A stretch of DNA of 64,000 nt from an uncultured delta proteobacterium (GTDB lineage: Bacteria; Myxococcota_A; Polyangia; Haliangiales; Haliangiaceae). The notes under the pieces are model-generated. The model searched no databases. It saw only the letters and a program-made list of their open reading frames with translations, and was not told the DNA's origin. The stretch's first letter is position 1. Each line of letters opens with the position of its first letter. Positions 29,274-38,638 of the stretch are shown here, in pieces. The translations under genes and the position numbers were made by a program. The stretch covers positions 4,064,001 to 4,128,000 of the forward strand of contig CAWKDB010000010.1 of NCBI GenBank assembly GCA_963848295.1, given 5' to 3'.

Positions 29274-30020
29274 ATGAGCGCCGGGCCTGGCGCTGGCACG
29301 GCGCGAATCCGTATGGACACGAAGCAGGCGCTGTTCTTCGTCGCGTACTGCGTCGTCCTGGCAGCCGTGGGCATCGTTCTGTTGATGAACTCGACCGCGC
29401 AGGTTGTCGGCGTAGTCCTACTCGTCTGCAGCGCCCTCGTCTTCTATGTCAAGGTGCTGTCGGGTTCGGGCAGCGCTCCGTGCACGAGTTGCGGAGCTGC
29501 GCTCGGCGACCTGCAGAGGCGTAAGCGGAACCCGTCGATCCTGTGCACGTCGTGCCTCGCGTTCCACGAGGGTGAGGCCGGCAAGTTGTGGGCCGTGGAG
29601 CCCGATAAGATCGCGAAGACCCCGCTGTTTCCCGTCCGCATGCCCGAGCAGATCACCTGGCCGGCCGGTTGTGTCGTGTGCGGGACCGCGGCCACTCGCC
29701 ACCTTGTCGCGAAGAAGTTGCGAGTCAACGTCGGCAAGTCGCTGTCGAAGACCGCGGGCTTATCGTCCGTCGCGGCGGCGGTGGGAGGCACGGCGGTTGC
29801 CGTGTCCACGACCGAGACCTCGCTCTCGGTGCCGCACTGCAACGATCACGACGATGGGGCGAGCCTGCAGGAGAGCGTCGACGGACGTGCGATCGATATC
29901 GTGTTCCGCTCGTTGCCGTACCAGCGGCTGTTTTGCGAGACCAACTCGATGGTCTCGGTGCCGCTCAACCACTACACGCGCTCGACCGGTCAACTGGCCC
30001 GGTTGTTCAAGAAGGCCTAG
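29274..30020 (+). CDS. Membrane protein with two N-terminal TMs and several CxxC zinc-ribbon motifs
   Basis: CTSC, CTSC, CVVC, and HCNDH motifs. Confidence 0.7.
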   Translation: MSAGPGAGTARIRMDTKQALFFVAYCVVLAAVGIVLLMNSTAQVVGVVLLVCSALVFYVKVLSGSGSAPCTSCGAALGDLQRRKRNPSILCTSCLAFHEGEAGKLWAVEPDKIAKTPLFPVRMPEQITWPAGCVVCGTAATRHLVAKKLRVNVGKSLSKTAGLSSVAAAVGGTAVAVSTTETSLSVPHCNDHDDGASLQESVDGRAIDIVFRSLPYQRLFCETNSMVSVPLNHYTRSTGQLARLFKKA

Positions 30021-30104
30021 GCAACTCGAGGCGAGCTGCAACAGGTGCAGCCCTGTTGCGTTGCACCGGGTGTTGCGTTGCACCTGCAGGCCGCTCGAGC
30101 TCCG

Positions 30105-30587
30105 CTACTTTGCCTTGGCGAGCGGACAGCCGAACCGGGTCACGCGCAGCGCGCCGAACACCGCGACCCCTTTGTTGGTCTCATCGGCCGCCCCGACCGT
30201 CGCTCCGTCTTCGCGCGCGCTTCCGAGGTGCGCGGTGCACTGCGCTTCGATCTCGATCTTGCCCATTACCGTGACGTTCGCGCGGAAGCAGTACCAGCCG
30301 TTCGGGTTCTCGAGCTTGATCGTGGTCTTGCCCATGACGTTCACCGCGGGCTTCACCATGATGAGCGCTGGCTTTGCGGTCGGCTTGTCGTTGTCGCTAT
30401 TGCCCGACGATCCGATGCCGAACACTTTGACGCCGGTACCGAGGACCGAGGCCGCGTGTGTGCCCTTCTTGAACGGCGAGTCTTTGCCCCACGAAGCGAT
30501 GCACTGGTCGATCGAGTCCTGATCGTCGGCGAAGCCGGTGCTCGAGAACAGCATGATGGCGATGGCTACAAAGATGGCTCGGTTCAT
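30105..30587 (-). CDS. Secreted hypothetical protein with 4 Cys
   Basis: MNRAIFVAIAIMLFSSTGFA signal; GGAG upstream. Confidence 0.8.
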   Translation of the reverse strand: MNRAIFVAIAIMLFSSTGFADDQDSIDQCIASWGKDSPFKKGTHAASVLGTGVKVFGIGSSGNSDNDKPTAKPALIMVKPAVNVMGKTTIKLENPNGWYCFRANVTVMGKIEIEAQCTAHLGSAREDGATVGAADETNKGVAVFGALRVTRFGCPLAKAK

Positions 30588-30691
30588 CGTGGCTCCTGGT
30601 TGCGATGGCCATTCATAGATCATCGCAGTGCCGGCGGCGAGGGGTCTTTCGCGGCCCGAACCGGCGGAACCGTGCTACCGGCGATCGTGCG

Positions 30692-32581
30692 CTAACGATC
30701 GCGAGCGAGCTGCGAGAACAGATCGCGCACCGCCGGGGCGACGTCGGCGACCTCGGCCGGGCCACCGCCGTAGCGACGGACGATCGCGACGAGCTCGTCG
30801 CCGAACCGGGCGATGCGGTTCGGGCCCAAGCCCGGAATCCGCGCGAGCGCGGCGAGCGAGTCCGGTCGATCGCGATCGATCGCGAGGATCACGCTGCGCT
30901 GAAACACCATATACGCTTTCCACCGGAGCTCGCGGGCCATCCGATTGCGAAAGCGATCGAGCTCGACCGTGATGCTGCTCGTTCGCGATCCGTTCCGGCC
31001 GCGCCGCGCATGCGTGGTGCGCGGTGCGCGCGACTTCGCCGCGGAGGGCAGGGTGACGGTCGGATACTTCCGCCCGCGCCGCACGAGCCGTCGCTCGCGA
31101 ATCAGCGACTCGATCGTCGCGGCGATGTCCGCCTCGGAGCACGCGGCGAGCGCGCCGTGTTGCGCGAGCCGATCGAGCCCGTTCACGACGACCGGCTTGG
31201 CCTGGCTGCCGCGCAGCGCCTTCGCGAGCGTTCCTCTGCCGACCGCGCGGCCGTGCGCCGCGAGCGCGGCGACGATGATCTGCTGCTCCGCGGAGCCGAG
31301 CGCGGATCCGGGCGGCTCGGTCGCGGGTATCGACTCCGCCGTGGGATCGCGACAGGCATCGCAGCGCTCGCAGGCCGGCTGGTCGTCGCTGCCCATGAAG
31401 TGCGCGCACAGCACGCGCTGGCGACAGGTCCACGTCGTCGCATAGGTCGCGACGGCGTGCAGCGACTCTTCGAGCAGCGCGAGGCGCTTGCCGGTCGCGC
31501 CATGCTGCACGATCCGGCGTTGCGTCATCAGATCGCCCGCGCCGAACAGCAACAGGCAATGCGCCGGCGCGCCGTCGCGGCCCGCTCGCCCGGCCTCTTG
31601 GTAGTACGCCTCGAGGCTGCCGGGCGCCCCGAAGTGCACGATGACGCGCACGTCGGGATAGTCGACGCCCATCCCGAACGCGTTGGTCGCGACGAGCACA
31701 CGCACGCGTCCGAGCGAGAACCCCGACTGTGCACGCTCCCTCGCGAGCGCGGTGCGTCCGGCGTGATAGTGGCCGGCCGCGAAGCCGGCGCCCTTCAACG
31801 ACGCGGCGACCTCCTCGGCTTTCTTGCGCGTGCTGCAGTACACGATGCCGCGGCCCGCACCGGTGCGGCTGCGTAGCCCCGCGCGGTCGAGCGCGTCGAT
31901 CGTCGCCGCGAGGCGCGGGTGATCGCCTCCCGCTTTCTGTCCGAGCCGCGCGACCTCGAACGAGAGGTTCGGCCGGCGAAAGTCCCCGCGGATCTCGGCC
32001 GGTGTGCGCAGCTCGAGCGCGCTCGCGATCTCGGCGAGCACGCGAGGCGTCGCGGTCGCGGTGAGCGCGATCATCGGCACGTTCGCCACCGCGCGCAGCT
32101 CGGCGAGCCGCATGTACTCGGGCCGAAAGTCGTGTCCCCACTGGCTCACGCAGTGCGCTTCGTCGATCGCGATCATCGCGATCCGCGCGCGGCCGAGCAG
32201 GCGCTTGAACCCATCGAGCACGGCGCGCTCGGGCGAGACGTAGAGCAGCGCGAGCTCGCCGCGGACCAACCGCGCGATCGTTTCGGCGCGAGCCGAGTCC
32301 TCGCACTGGCTATGCAGCGCCGCGACCGCGACGCCGCGGCCCGCGAGCGCGCTCACTTGATCGTTCATCAACGCGATCAGCGGCGAGATCACGATCGTCG
32401 TGCCCTCGCCGCGGCGCGCGCGCACGATCGCGGGCACCTGGTAGCACAGGGACTTGCCGGCGCCGGTCGGCAGCAGGACGAGCGCGTCGCGGTCCGCGAG
32501 CAGCGCGTCGATCGCTTCGCCCTGGCCGTGGCGAAACGCGTCGTGGCCGAACACGTCGCGCAGGACCTCGAGCGCGCTCAT
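30692..32581 (-). CDS. recQ: ATP-dependent DNA helicase RecQ (with RQC and HRDC domains)
   Basis: LPTGAGKSLCYQ, DEAHCVSQWGHDFRP, YYQEAGRAGRDG, Zn motif CR..CERCDAC, C-terminal HRDC. Confidence 0.95.
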   Translation of the reverse strand: MSALEVLRDVFGHDAFRHGQGEAIDALLADRDALVLLPTGAGKSLCYQVPAIVRARRGEGTTIVISPLIALMNDQVSALAGRGVAVAALHSQCEDSARAETIARLVRGELALLYVSPERAVLDGFKRLLGRARIAMIAIDEAHCVSQWGHDFRPEYMRLAELRAVANVPMIALTATATPRVLAEIASALELRTPAEIRGDFRRPNLSFEVARLGQKAGGDHPRLAATIDALDRAGLRSRTGAGRGIVYCSTRKKAEEVAASLKGAGFAAGHYHAGRTALARERAQSGFSLGRVRVLVATNAFGMGVDYPDVRVIVHFGAPGSLEAYYQEAGRAGRDGAPAHCLLLFGAGDLMTQRRIVQHGATGKRLALLEESLHAVATYATTWTCRQRVLCAHFMGSDDQPACERCDACRDPTAESIPATEPPGSALGSAEQQIIVAALAAHGRAVGRGTLAKALRGSQAKPVVVNGLDRLAQHGALAACSEADIAATIESLIRERRLVRRGRKYPTVTLPSAAKSRAPRTTHARRGRNGSRTSSITVELDRFRNRMARELRWKAYMVFQRSVILAIDRDRPDSLAALARIPGLGPNRIARFGDELVAIVRRYGGGPAEVADVAPAVRDLFSQLARDR

Positions 32582-32731
32582 CTCCACCCGGTAGCATGAG
32601 GCTCTGTCAGTCGGCAGGCGATCGAGCGAACGGGCGACCACGGAAATCTGAAAGCCGCCGCAGAGAAGTGAGGTTCAGCGCGCGCCGCCGACCCGAACCG
32701 CGGGCCCGAGCTTTGCACCACCGGGGCGAAT

Positions 32732-33919
32732 ATGCGGACGCCTAGCCTTTTCGTGATCCTCGTCGCTGGATGCACGTCGCCGTCATCGCCCAAGACGCCG
32801 CCCGGCTCGGTCGACTTGCAGATGAACGACCTGTCCGTGATGTTGCCGTTGCCGCAGACCCAGGCCGAGATCGACGCGATGCTGACGCCGATGTCGCCCG
32901 CGGTCGGCGGCGCCTTGCTGCCCCAGGCGACGCTCGCCGCGGCGCAGGTCGGCATCGACTCTACGCAGTTGCACGCGGTCGCGTTTCGCTTCGATCCGTG
33001 CTTCGGTCAGCTCGGCGCGATCACCGATCCGTCGACCTGTGACAACCAGTTGCGCGTCGTGTTCCAGCCGATCTTCGTGGGGACCGACGGCGACATCACG
33101 ACGGCCGCGGATCAGGCGGTCCACGCGTTCTACTCGATCACCCGCGATCAGCTGATCGCCGCGGTCGATGAGATGGTCGCCGCGCGCGAGGACGACGGCA
33201 TCGACTACGACCTCGGCCCGCTCGCGCCACACCCGGTCGTCGCGAGCGAAGGGCTCGATGGCGCGCTCGCGCAGAAGCTGTTCGCGATCGTCACGAGGTA
33301 CGCAGGCGGCAGCGAGCTCGAGCGGATGACCGCGTTCGAGGTCGAGCTCGTCGCGGGCGGCGAGCCGGTCGTCGGCCCGGGCGAATTCTGGCAGTTCGAG
33401 TCCTTCGACATCGCATCCGGCGCGGCCACGCCGCGCCCGATCGCTACGCTCCCCGGCGACGTCAACACGATGACGCTGTCGGCCGCGGTCGACCCGCTCG
33501 AGTCGAGCGGCTCGCCGTCGACGACATCGACCGACAACCTCGCGGTCGTCGAGAGCATGACGATGGCCAGCGCCGCGACCACGGCCGAGCGCCGGACCGC
33601 GTTCGACGCCGCGCTGCGGGTCCTGAACCCGCACGACAATTCACCCGACACGATCGATTGCGCGAGCTGCCATCTCGCGCAGCCCGCGGTCACCCTGGTC
33701 GGCGTGCCGCTCGGCATGACCGTGACCGGCGACAGCGCCGCGTTCGTCGCCAGCCCGGGGATTCCGCTCGCCGATCTCGCGCAGACGACGCAGCTGGACA
33801 GCGACGGCGTGCTCAATATCCACGCGTTCAGCTATCGCAACGCCGATCCGATGATCAACCAGCGCGTGATCAACGAGACCGCCGCGAACCTCGCGTACCT
33901 CGAGACGGTATTGCGGTAA
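32732..33919 (+). CDS. Lipoprotein with single CxxCH motif
   Basis: LVAGC lipobox; TIDCASCH. Confidence 0.8.
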   Translation: MRTPSLFVILVAGCTSPSSPKTPPGSVDLQMNDLSVMLPLPQTQAEIDAMLTPMSPAVGGALLPQATLAAAQVGIDSTQLHAVAFRFDPCFGQLGAITDPSTCDNQLRVVFQPIFVGTDGDITTAADQAVHAFYSITRDQLIAAVDEMVAAREDDGIDYDLGPLAPHPVVASEGLDGALAQKLFAIVTRYAGGSELERMTAFEVELVAGGEPVVGPGEFWQFESFDIASGAATPRPIATLPGDVNTMTLSAAVDPLESSGSPSTTSTDNLAVVESMTMASAATTAERRTAFDAALRVLNPHDNSPDTIDCASCHLAQPAVTLVGVPLGMTVTGDSAAFVASPGIPLADLAQTTQLDSDGVLNIHAFSYRNADPMINQRVINETAANLAYLETVLR

Positions 33920-33938
33920 CGAGGAGCGTACTCGCCGG

Positions 33939-35336
33939 TCAGCGCGCGCGCAGCCAGGCCAGCGCGATGCCGATCCGCTCGCGGCCCTGCGGCGGCGACG
34001 CTGCGAGCTTGTCGAGCAGGAGCTTGGTCATCGCGGCCCGGCCGCGACGATGCGCGAGCCGGACCAGCGCGGCGGTGCGAACCTCCGGCGCAGGATCCCG
34101 CGTTGCCAGGACATCGAGCGCGGGCTCGTCGAGCTCGCCGATGATCACGAGCCGGACGGCGGCGGACGCGTCGGCGCCGGCGCGGGCGACGAACGCGTTG
34201 TGGCGCAATCCGCACGTCACCTTGCGTTCGAGGAGCGTTTGCAGCGCCGCGGCGCGTACACCGGGATCGACGTCGCGCGCCAGCGTGCACAGATCGATGG
34301 CGGTGTCCGCCGATGGTGCATGCTCCACCGCCCGCGCATAGGCCACGCGCACCGCGGTCACCGGGTCGGACGCCGCGCGCGGCGGATGGTCGCAGTCGAG
34401 CTCGGCGAGCGCTTCGATCGCCGCGGCCCGCACCGCGCCGTCGACGCCGTGGGCGAGCTCTCGAATTTGCGCCGCGACCGCAGGGACGTGGGGCTCGTGC
34501 TCCGAGACGAGCCACCCGCCGATCGGGGTCAGCGTCTCCGCGCACGCGGCGCGCACGGATGGATCGGCGTCGCGAAATCCGCGGTCGAGCAGCGGCGCTG
34601 CGACGCCGAGGTCCTTGCCGGTCGCGGTGCGAAGAATCGCCGCCGGCACGGCCGCGCACACCGCGCGTCGCGTCGCGGGTGTGCCGGCCGCGAACCACCG
34701 CGCGAGCGTCGCACCGGTCTCGCCCTGACTCGGACTGACGTCGGGAAACAAAGCGATCAGCGCGGCGCTCGGCGTGCCGGCGCTCGCCGCAAACGCGGCG
34801 CGCACGATGTCGTCCGTTCGGGCCGGGACGGTCGCGAGCAGCGAGGCTTCCGCGGTCGCGACCGTCGGCCGAGCGATCAGGTCACCAGGCAATTGCGCGA
34901 CCACGCGATCGACGACCGCGGGATCGTGGCCCCACACGAGCGCCTCGACCGCCGCGACCGCCGTATCCGGATCGGTGGCCGCCGTGAGCTCGCCGACATC
35001 CGCGATCAGTTGCGGGTCCGCGACCTCGCGGTGAGTCGAGTAGTAGCGGAATGACCAGATCTGGTTCGCCGCGGCGATCGCGTCGACTTGTGCGGCGCGG
35101 TCCGCACTCGTGAGCGCCGCGTGTAACACCGCGGTCATCACGGCACGGACGGCGTCGGCGCGATCGGCGGCATTGGCCGCGCTCGCGAGTCGCGAAGCCT
35201 GTCGCGCGATCGCGTCGGGCTCTTGCGGCGACGTGGCAAGCTCCGCCGGTGCCGGTGGTTGCAGTGCAGGCGGCGACGCGACGCGCGCCGAGCCGCAGGC
35301 CACCAACACCAGGGTCATCGCTCGGCGCATCTGCAC
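33939..35336 (-). CDS. HEAT-repeat lipoprotein
   Basis: LVLVAC lipobox; repeated D-P-x-V-R-A-A motifs. Confidence 0.75.
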   Translation of the reverse strand: MQMRRAMTLVLVACGSARVASPPALQPPAPAELATSPQEPDAIARQASRLASAANAADRADAVRAVMTAVLHAALTSADRAAQVDAIAAANQIWSFRYYSTHREVADPQLIADVGELTAATDPDTAVAAVEALVWGHDPAVVDRVVAQLPGDLIARPTVATAEASLLATVPARTDDIVRAAFAASAGTPSAALIALFPDVSPSQGETGATLARWFAAGTPATRRAVCAAVPAAILRTATGKDLGVAAPLLDRGFRDADPSVRAACAETLTPIGGWLVSEHEPHVPAVAAQIRELAHGVDGAVRAAAIEALAELDCDHPPRAASDPVTAVRVAYARAVEHAPSADTAIDLCTLARDVDPGVRAAALQTLLERKVTCGLRHNAFVARAGADASAAVRLVIIGELDEPALDVLATRDPAPEVRTAALVRLAHRRGRAAMTKLLLDKLAASPPQGRERIGIALAWLRAR

Positions 35337-35337
35337 T

Positions 35338-35363
35338 CGTGCTAGCTCGGACGGGCTAGCACG
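35338..35363. other. Inverted repeat / hairpin directly upstream of the HEAT gene
   Basis: CGTGCTAGC-tcggacgg-GCTAGCACG, perfect 9-bp arms. Confidence 0.6.
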
Positions 35364-35435
35364 TCGCTCGGAGGCTCGCGCAACACATCTGTTACACCGT
35401 CGCGTTCTGGTTCGCTGCTCACAAGCAGCGAGCTT

Positions 35436-36104
35436 TCATTTGAACGAGCTCGATGCCGGGCGCTGCCGCGAATCGCCAGGTGGTCTCGTCGGCTGATATG
35501 TGCCGTCTGTCATGACGAAGCGGCGACGGATCGGCGGGCTCGCTCGGCGGGGCTTGTCGCTCGGCGGTTGAACCGATGTCTGGGCGAACGCGAGTGCGAG
35601 CGGTCTGCCGGGCTCGGTCGCAACGAGCTCGACGCCGTCCGCGGTCGAGAACCCGCCGCCGGTCGCGGAGATCATCGCGATCTCCCCGCGCCAGATCAGT
35701 TTCGGTCGACCGCCATCGAGTGAGACCACGGCCCAGCGTTCCCACTTCGTGTTCGCGGCATCGGTCTGACCCGTCCGCACGAACGCCGCGGGCAGCTTCG
35801 CGGACGCTGGCACGTTCGCGGTCGGTGCGACGCCGGGGGTGCCGCGCACGCGCGTCGGCTCGCCGAGGAGGTCGACAACCGCAAGTAGATCGACGGTTTC
35901 GGCCCGTCCGAGATCGAGCGTCCACGCCGGGCACTTCGCCGGGGCACCGCATTCCTTCTTCGCGGTGACGATCGCGTGCTGCTCGCCGCTCTTGCCCGTG
36001 AGCTCGACGCTCGCTCGAACCTCCGATCGCGGCTGCGGTGGCGGATCGGCGCACACCGCAGGTGGTGATCCGGCGACGACAAGCGCGAGCATGAATCTGC
36101 GCAT
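35436..36104 (-). CDS. Secreted hypothetical protein
   Basis: ATG 36104, MRRFMLALVVAG signal; TATGCT 6 nt upstream. Confidence 0.65.
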   Translation of the reverse strand: MRRFMLALVVAGSPPAVCADPPPQPRSEVRASVELTGKSGEQHAIVTAKKECGAPAKCPAWTLDLGRAETVDLLAVVDLLGEPTRVRGTPGVAPTANVPASAKLPAAFVRTGQTDAANTKWERWAVVSLDGGRPKLIWRGEIAMISATGGGFSTADGVELVATEPGRPLALAFAQTSVQPPSDKPRRASPPIRRRFVMTDGTYQPTRPPGDSRQRPASSSFK

Positions 36105-36226
36105 CGCGTCAGCATAGTCGCGAAGCCGTTCGGCTGCTGGAAGTGACGAGGCTTCGCAAGGCGATGTTCGTGGAGGCGAGCGAGATCCAGTTGCGCCGCC
36201 CGCGCCCGACGCGTTACGAGCCAGGA

Positions 36227-38638
36227 GTGCGCTACTTGATCGCCGTGCTCGCGCTAGCGGGATGTGGCTCGCCGCCATGCGGCAACGGCGTGACCGCGTC
36301 GCAGCTCACGCTGCAGAGCGCAGACATGACGGTCGTGATCGCGACGCATCCGTACTCGCTGACCGTGCTCGATGCGAACGGCAACACGCTCGTCGACCAC
36401 GGCGCGCTCGGCTGGACGTCGGGGACGATGGGCATCCAGAAGGCGCTCTACAACGGCTACTTCTCGTTCTACCCGACGTTCGATCCTTGGCGCGACACGT
36501 TCGACGTCGTTGCCGCGACCCAAACCGATCAAGAGCTCGACGTCACGCTCCACGGCAGCGATGACGAATGCATCACCGTGTCGCACGTGATCCGCGCGGG
36601 CGCGCTCCGCGTCGAAGCACATCGCGGCGGCGACGAGCCTCGCGCGTGGCAGATCGGCTTCGCTTCGCCCGCCGACGAAGGCTTTCTCGGCCTCGGCGAG
36701 CGTTACGATCATGTCGATCACCGCGGGTTCGCGGTCTACAACTGGCCGGAAGAAGGCGGGTTGACGATGGGCGAAGCCGTGCCGCCCTCGGACACCAACC
36801 CGTATCCGAACGGCGGCACGATGACGTACTACCCGGTGCCGTTCTTTCTCTCGACAGCAGGCTACGGCTTCTGGCTCGACACGACCTACTTCAACCAATT
36901 CGAGCTCGCGTCGGAGTCCGACGATGCATGGCGCGCGTGGGAGGTCGGGCCGACGCTCGCGTTCGAGATCTACGTGCCGATCGCGGGCGATCCGCGGCCG
37001 TGGCCGCTGCAAGTGATCGACACGTTCACCGCGAAGACCGGCCGACCGATGATTCCACCCGACTGGAGCTTCGGACCGCGGCGCCGGATCGATCGCGGCA
37101 ACCTGGTCGACGGCGTCCCCGAGCTCCAAGCGATGCGCGATCAAGGGCTCGCGATCACGTCGGCCGACGACACGTTGCACTTCGCGCCGAACGGCGACGA
37201 CCTCGGTAACGAAGCGGCGCTGACCGCGTGGGTCCAGTCGGCGACCGCGCTCGGCTACAAGATGATCGGCTACTACAATCCGTACTTCTCGAGCGATCCG
37301 ACGAGCCCGCTCGCGAGCGTCACCGCGACCGGCGTCGCGAACGACTACTTCTTGAAGGCGAAGGACGGCACGCCCGGCGAGGTCACGTTGATCAGCGGGC
37401 AAGCGTTGACCGTCTACACGATCGACCCGACGTTTCCCGACGCGGTCGCGTATTTCACGGATCAGTTTCAGCGCGCACTCGATCTCGGCTACGCCGGTTG
37501 GATGTACGACTTCGGCGAGTACGTGCAGCCCGACTGGACCTCACACGATGGCTCGACCGGGTTCTCGCTGCACAACGAGTTTCCCGTGCTCTACGACCAA
37601 GCCGCGCACGATGCGCTCGAGCAGATCCGCCCGGGCGATTGGTATTACTTCTCGCGCTCCGGCTACACCGGGGCTCAGCAGTACGCGCCGATGACGTGGT
37701 CGGGCGATCCCGACGCATCGTTCGGGCTCGCCGAGGGCTTGCCGGCCCAGGTCCGCGCAGAGATCACGCTGTCGATGTCCGGCGTCGCGCACGTCGGCTC
37801 GGACATCGGCGGCTTCAAATGTCAGAACAATGGGCCGGACACCGCCGACGGCGAGCTGATCGCGCGCTGGATCGAAGCGGGCTCGTTGTCATCGGACATG
37901 CACGATGAAAACGCGTGCTCCGGCGGCGGGACGAAGGCGACGATCTGGACGTCGACCGACGCGCAGACCGCATGGAAGACGTACGCGAAGCTGCACACGC
38001 GACTCGGCCCGTACATGTCTGCGCTCGCGTTCCAGGCGCACGCGACCGGCACGCCGCTCGTGATGAGCCCGTGGCTCGTCCATCCCGAGCGCCGCGATCT
38101 TGCGACCGTCGACGACGCGTTCTACTTCGGTCCAGGCCTCTACGGCATCCCGGTCGTGACGCGCGGTGCGACGACGGTCACCACCGCGCTGCCACCGGGC
38201 GAATACGTCGATTGGCGCGATGGCACGCTCTACGACGGCGGGACCACCGCGACGCTGCCTGCTCCGCTCGACGAGCTGCCGCTCTTGCTCGTCGATGGCG
38301 CGGTGATCCCGATGCTCGATCCGACGATCGACACGCTCGCGGTGGAGACTTCGCCGACGGTGATCGGCCCGACCGATGTCGCCGATGTCTATGACGTCGT
38401 GGTCGCGATCTCGCACGCGACGGGCAGCGCGACGTTCGCGCTCGCCGATGGCAGCACGCTGTCCGCGCAATACGACGGCTCGCCGATCGCGTGCACGGGC
38501 TGCACGGTGACGCCGATCGGGACTCGAGTGCAGCGCGTGCAAGTGGAAGCGACCGCCGATGTCGACGCCGGAGGGCTCAGCCTGCATTCGGTGGGCGTCA
38601 CGCGCAGCCTGCGCTGGGACGTCTACGTGATCGACTAA
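36227..38638 (+). CDS. Glycoside hydrolase family 31 lipoprotein
   Basis: LALAGC lipobox; GLGERY, YYPVPFFLS, WMYDFGE nucleophile, WSGD acid/base, GSDIGGF. Confidence 0.92.
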   Translation: MRYLIAVLALAGCGSPPCGNGVTASQLTLQSADMTVVIATHPYSLTVLDANGNTLVDHGALGWTSGTMGIQKALYNGYFSFYPTFDPWRDTFDVVAATQTDQELDVTLHGSDDECITVSHVIRAGALRVEAHRGGDEPRAWQIGFASPADEGFLGLGERYDHVDHRGFAVYNWPEEGGLTMGEAVPPSDTNPYPNGGTMTYYPVPFFLSTAGYGFWLDTTYFNQFELASESDDAWRAWEVGPTLAFEIYVPIAGDPRPWPLQVIDTFTAKTGRPMIPPDWSFGPRRRIDRGNLVDGVPELQAMRDQGLAITSADDTLHFAPNGDDLGNEAALTAWVQSATALGYKMIGYYNPYFSSDPTSPLASVTATGVANDYFLKAKDGTPGEVTLISGQALTVYTIDPTFPDAVAYFTDQFQRALDLGYAGWMYDFGEYVQPDWTSHDGSTGFSLHNEFPVLYDQAAHDALEQIRPGDWYYFSRSGYTGAQQYAPMTWSGDPDASFGLAEGLPAQVRAEITLSMSGVAHVGSDIGGFKCQNNGPDTADGELIARWIEAGSLSSDMHDENACSGGGTKATIWTSTDAQTAWKTYAKLHTRLGPYMSALAFQAHATGTPLVMSPWLVHPERRDLATVDDAFYFGPGLYGIPVVTRGATTVTTALPPGEYVDWRDGTLYDGGTTATLPAPLDELPLLLVDGAVIPMLDPTIDTLAVETSPTVIGPTDVADVYDVVVAISHATGSATFALADGSTLSAQYDGSPIACTGCTVTPIGTRVQRVQVEATADVDAGGLSLHSVGVTRSLRWDVYVID

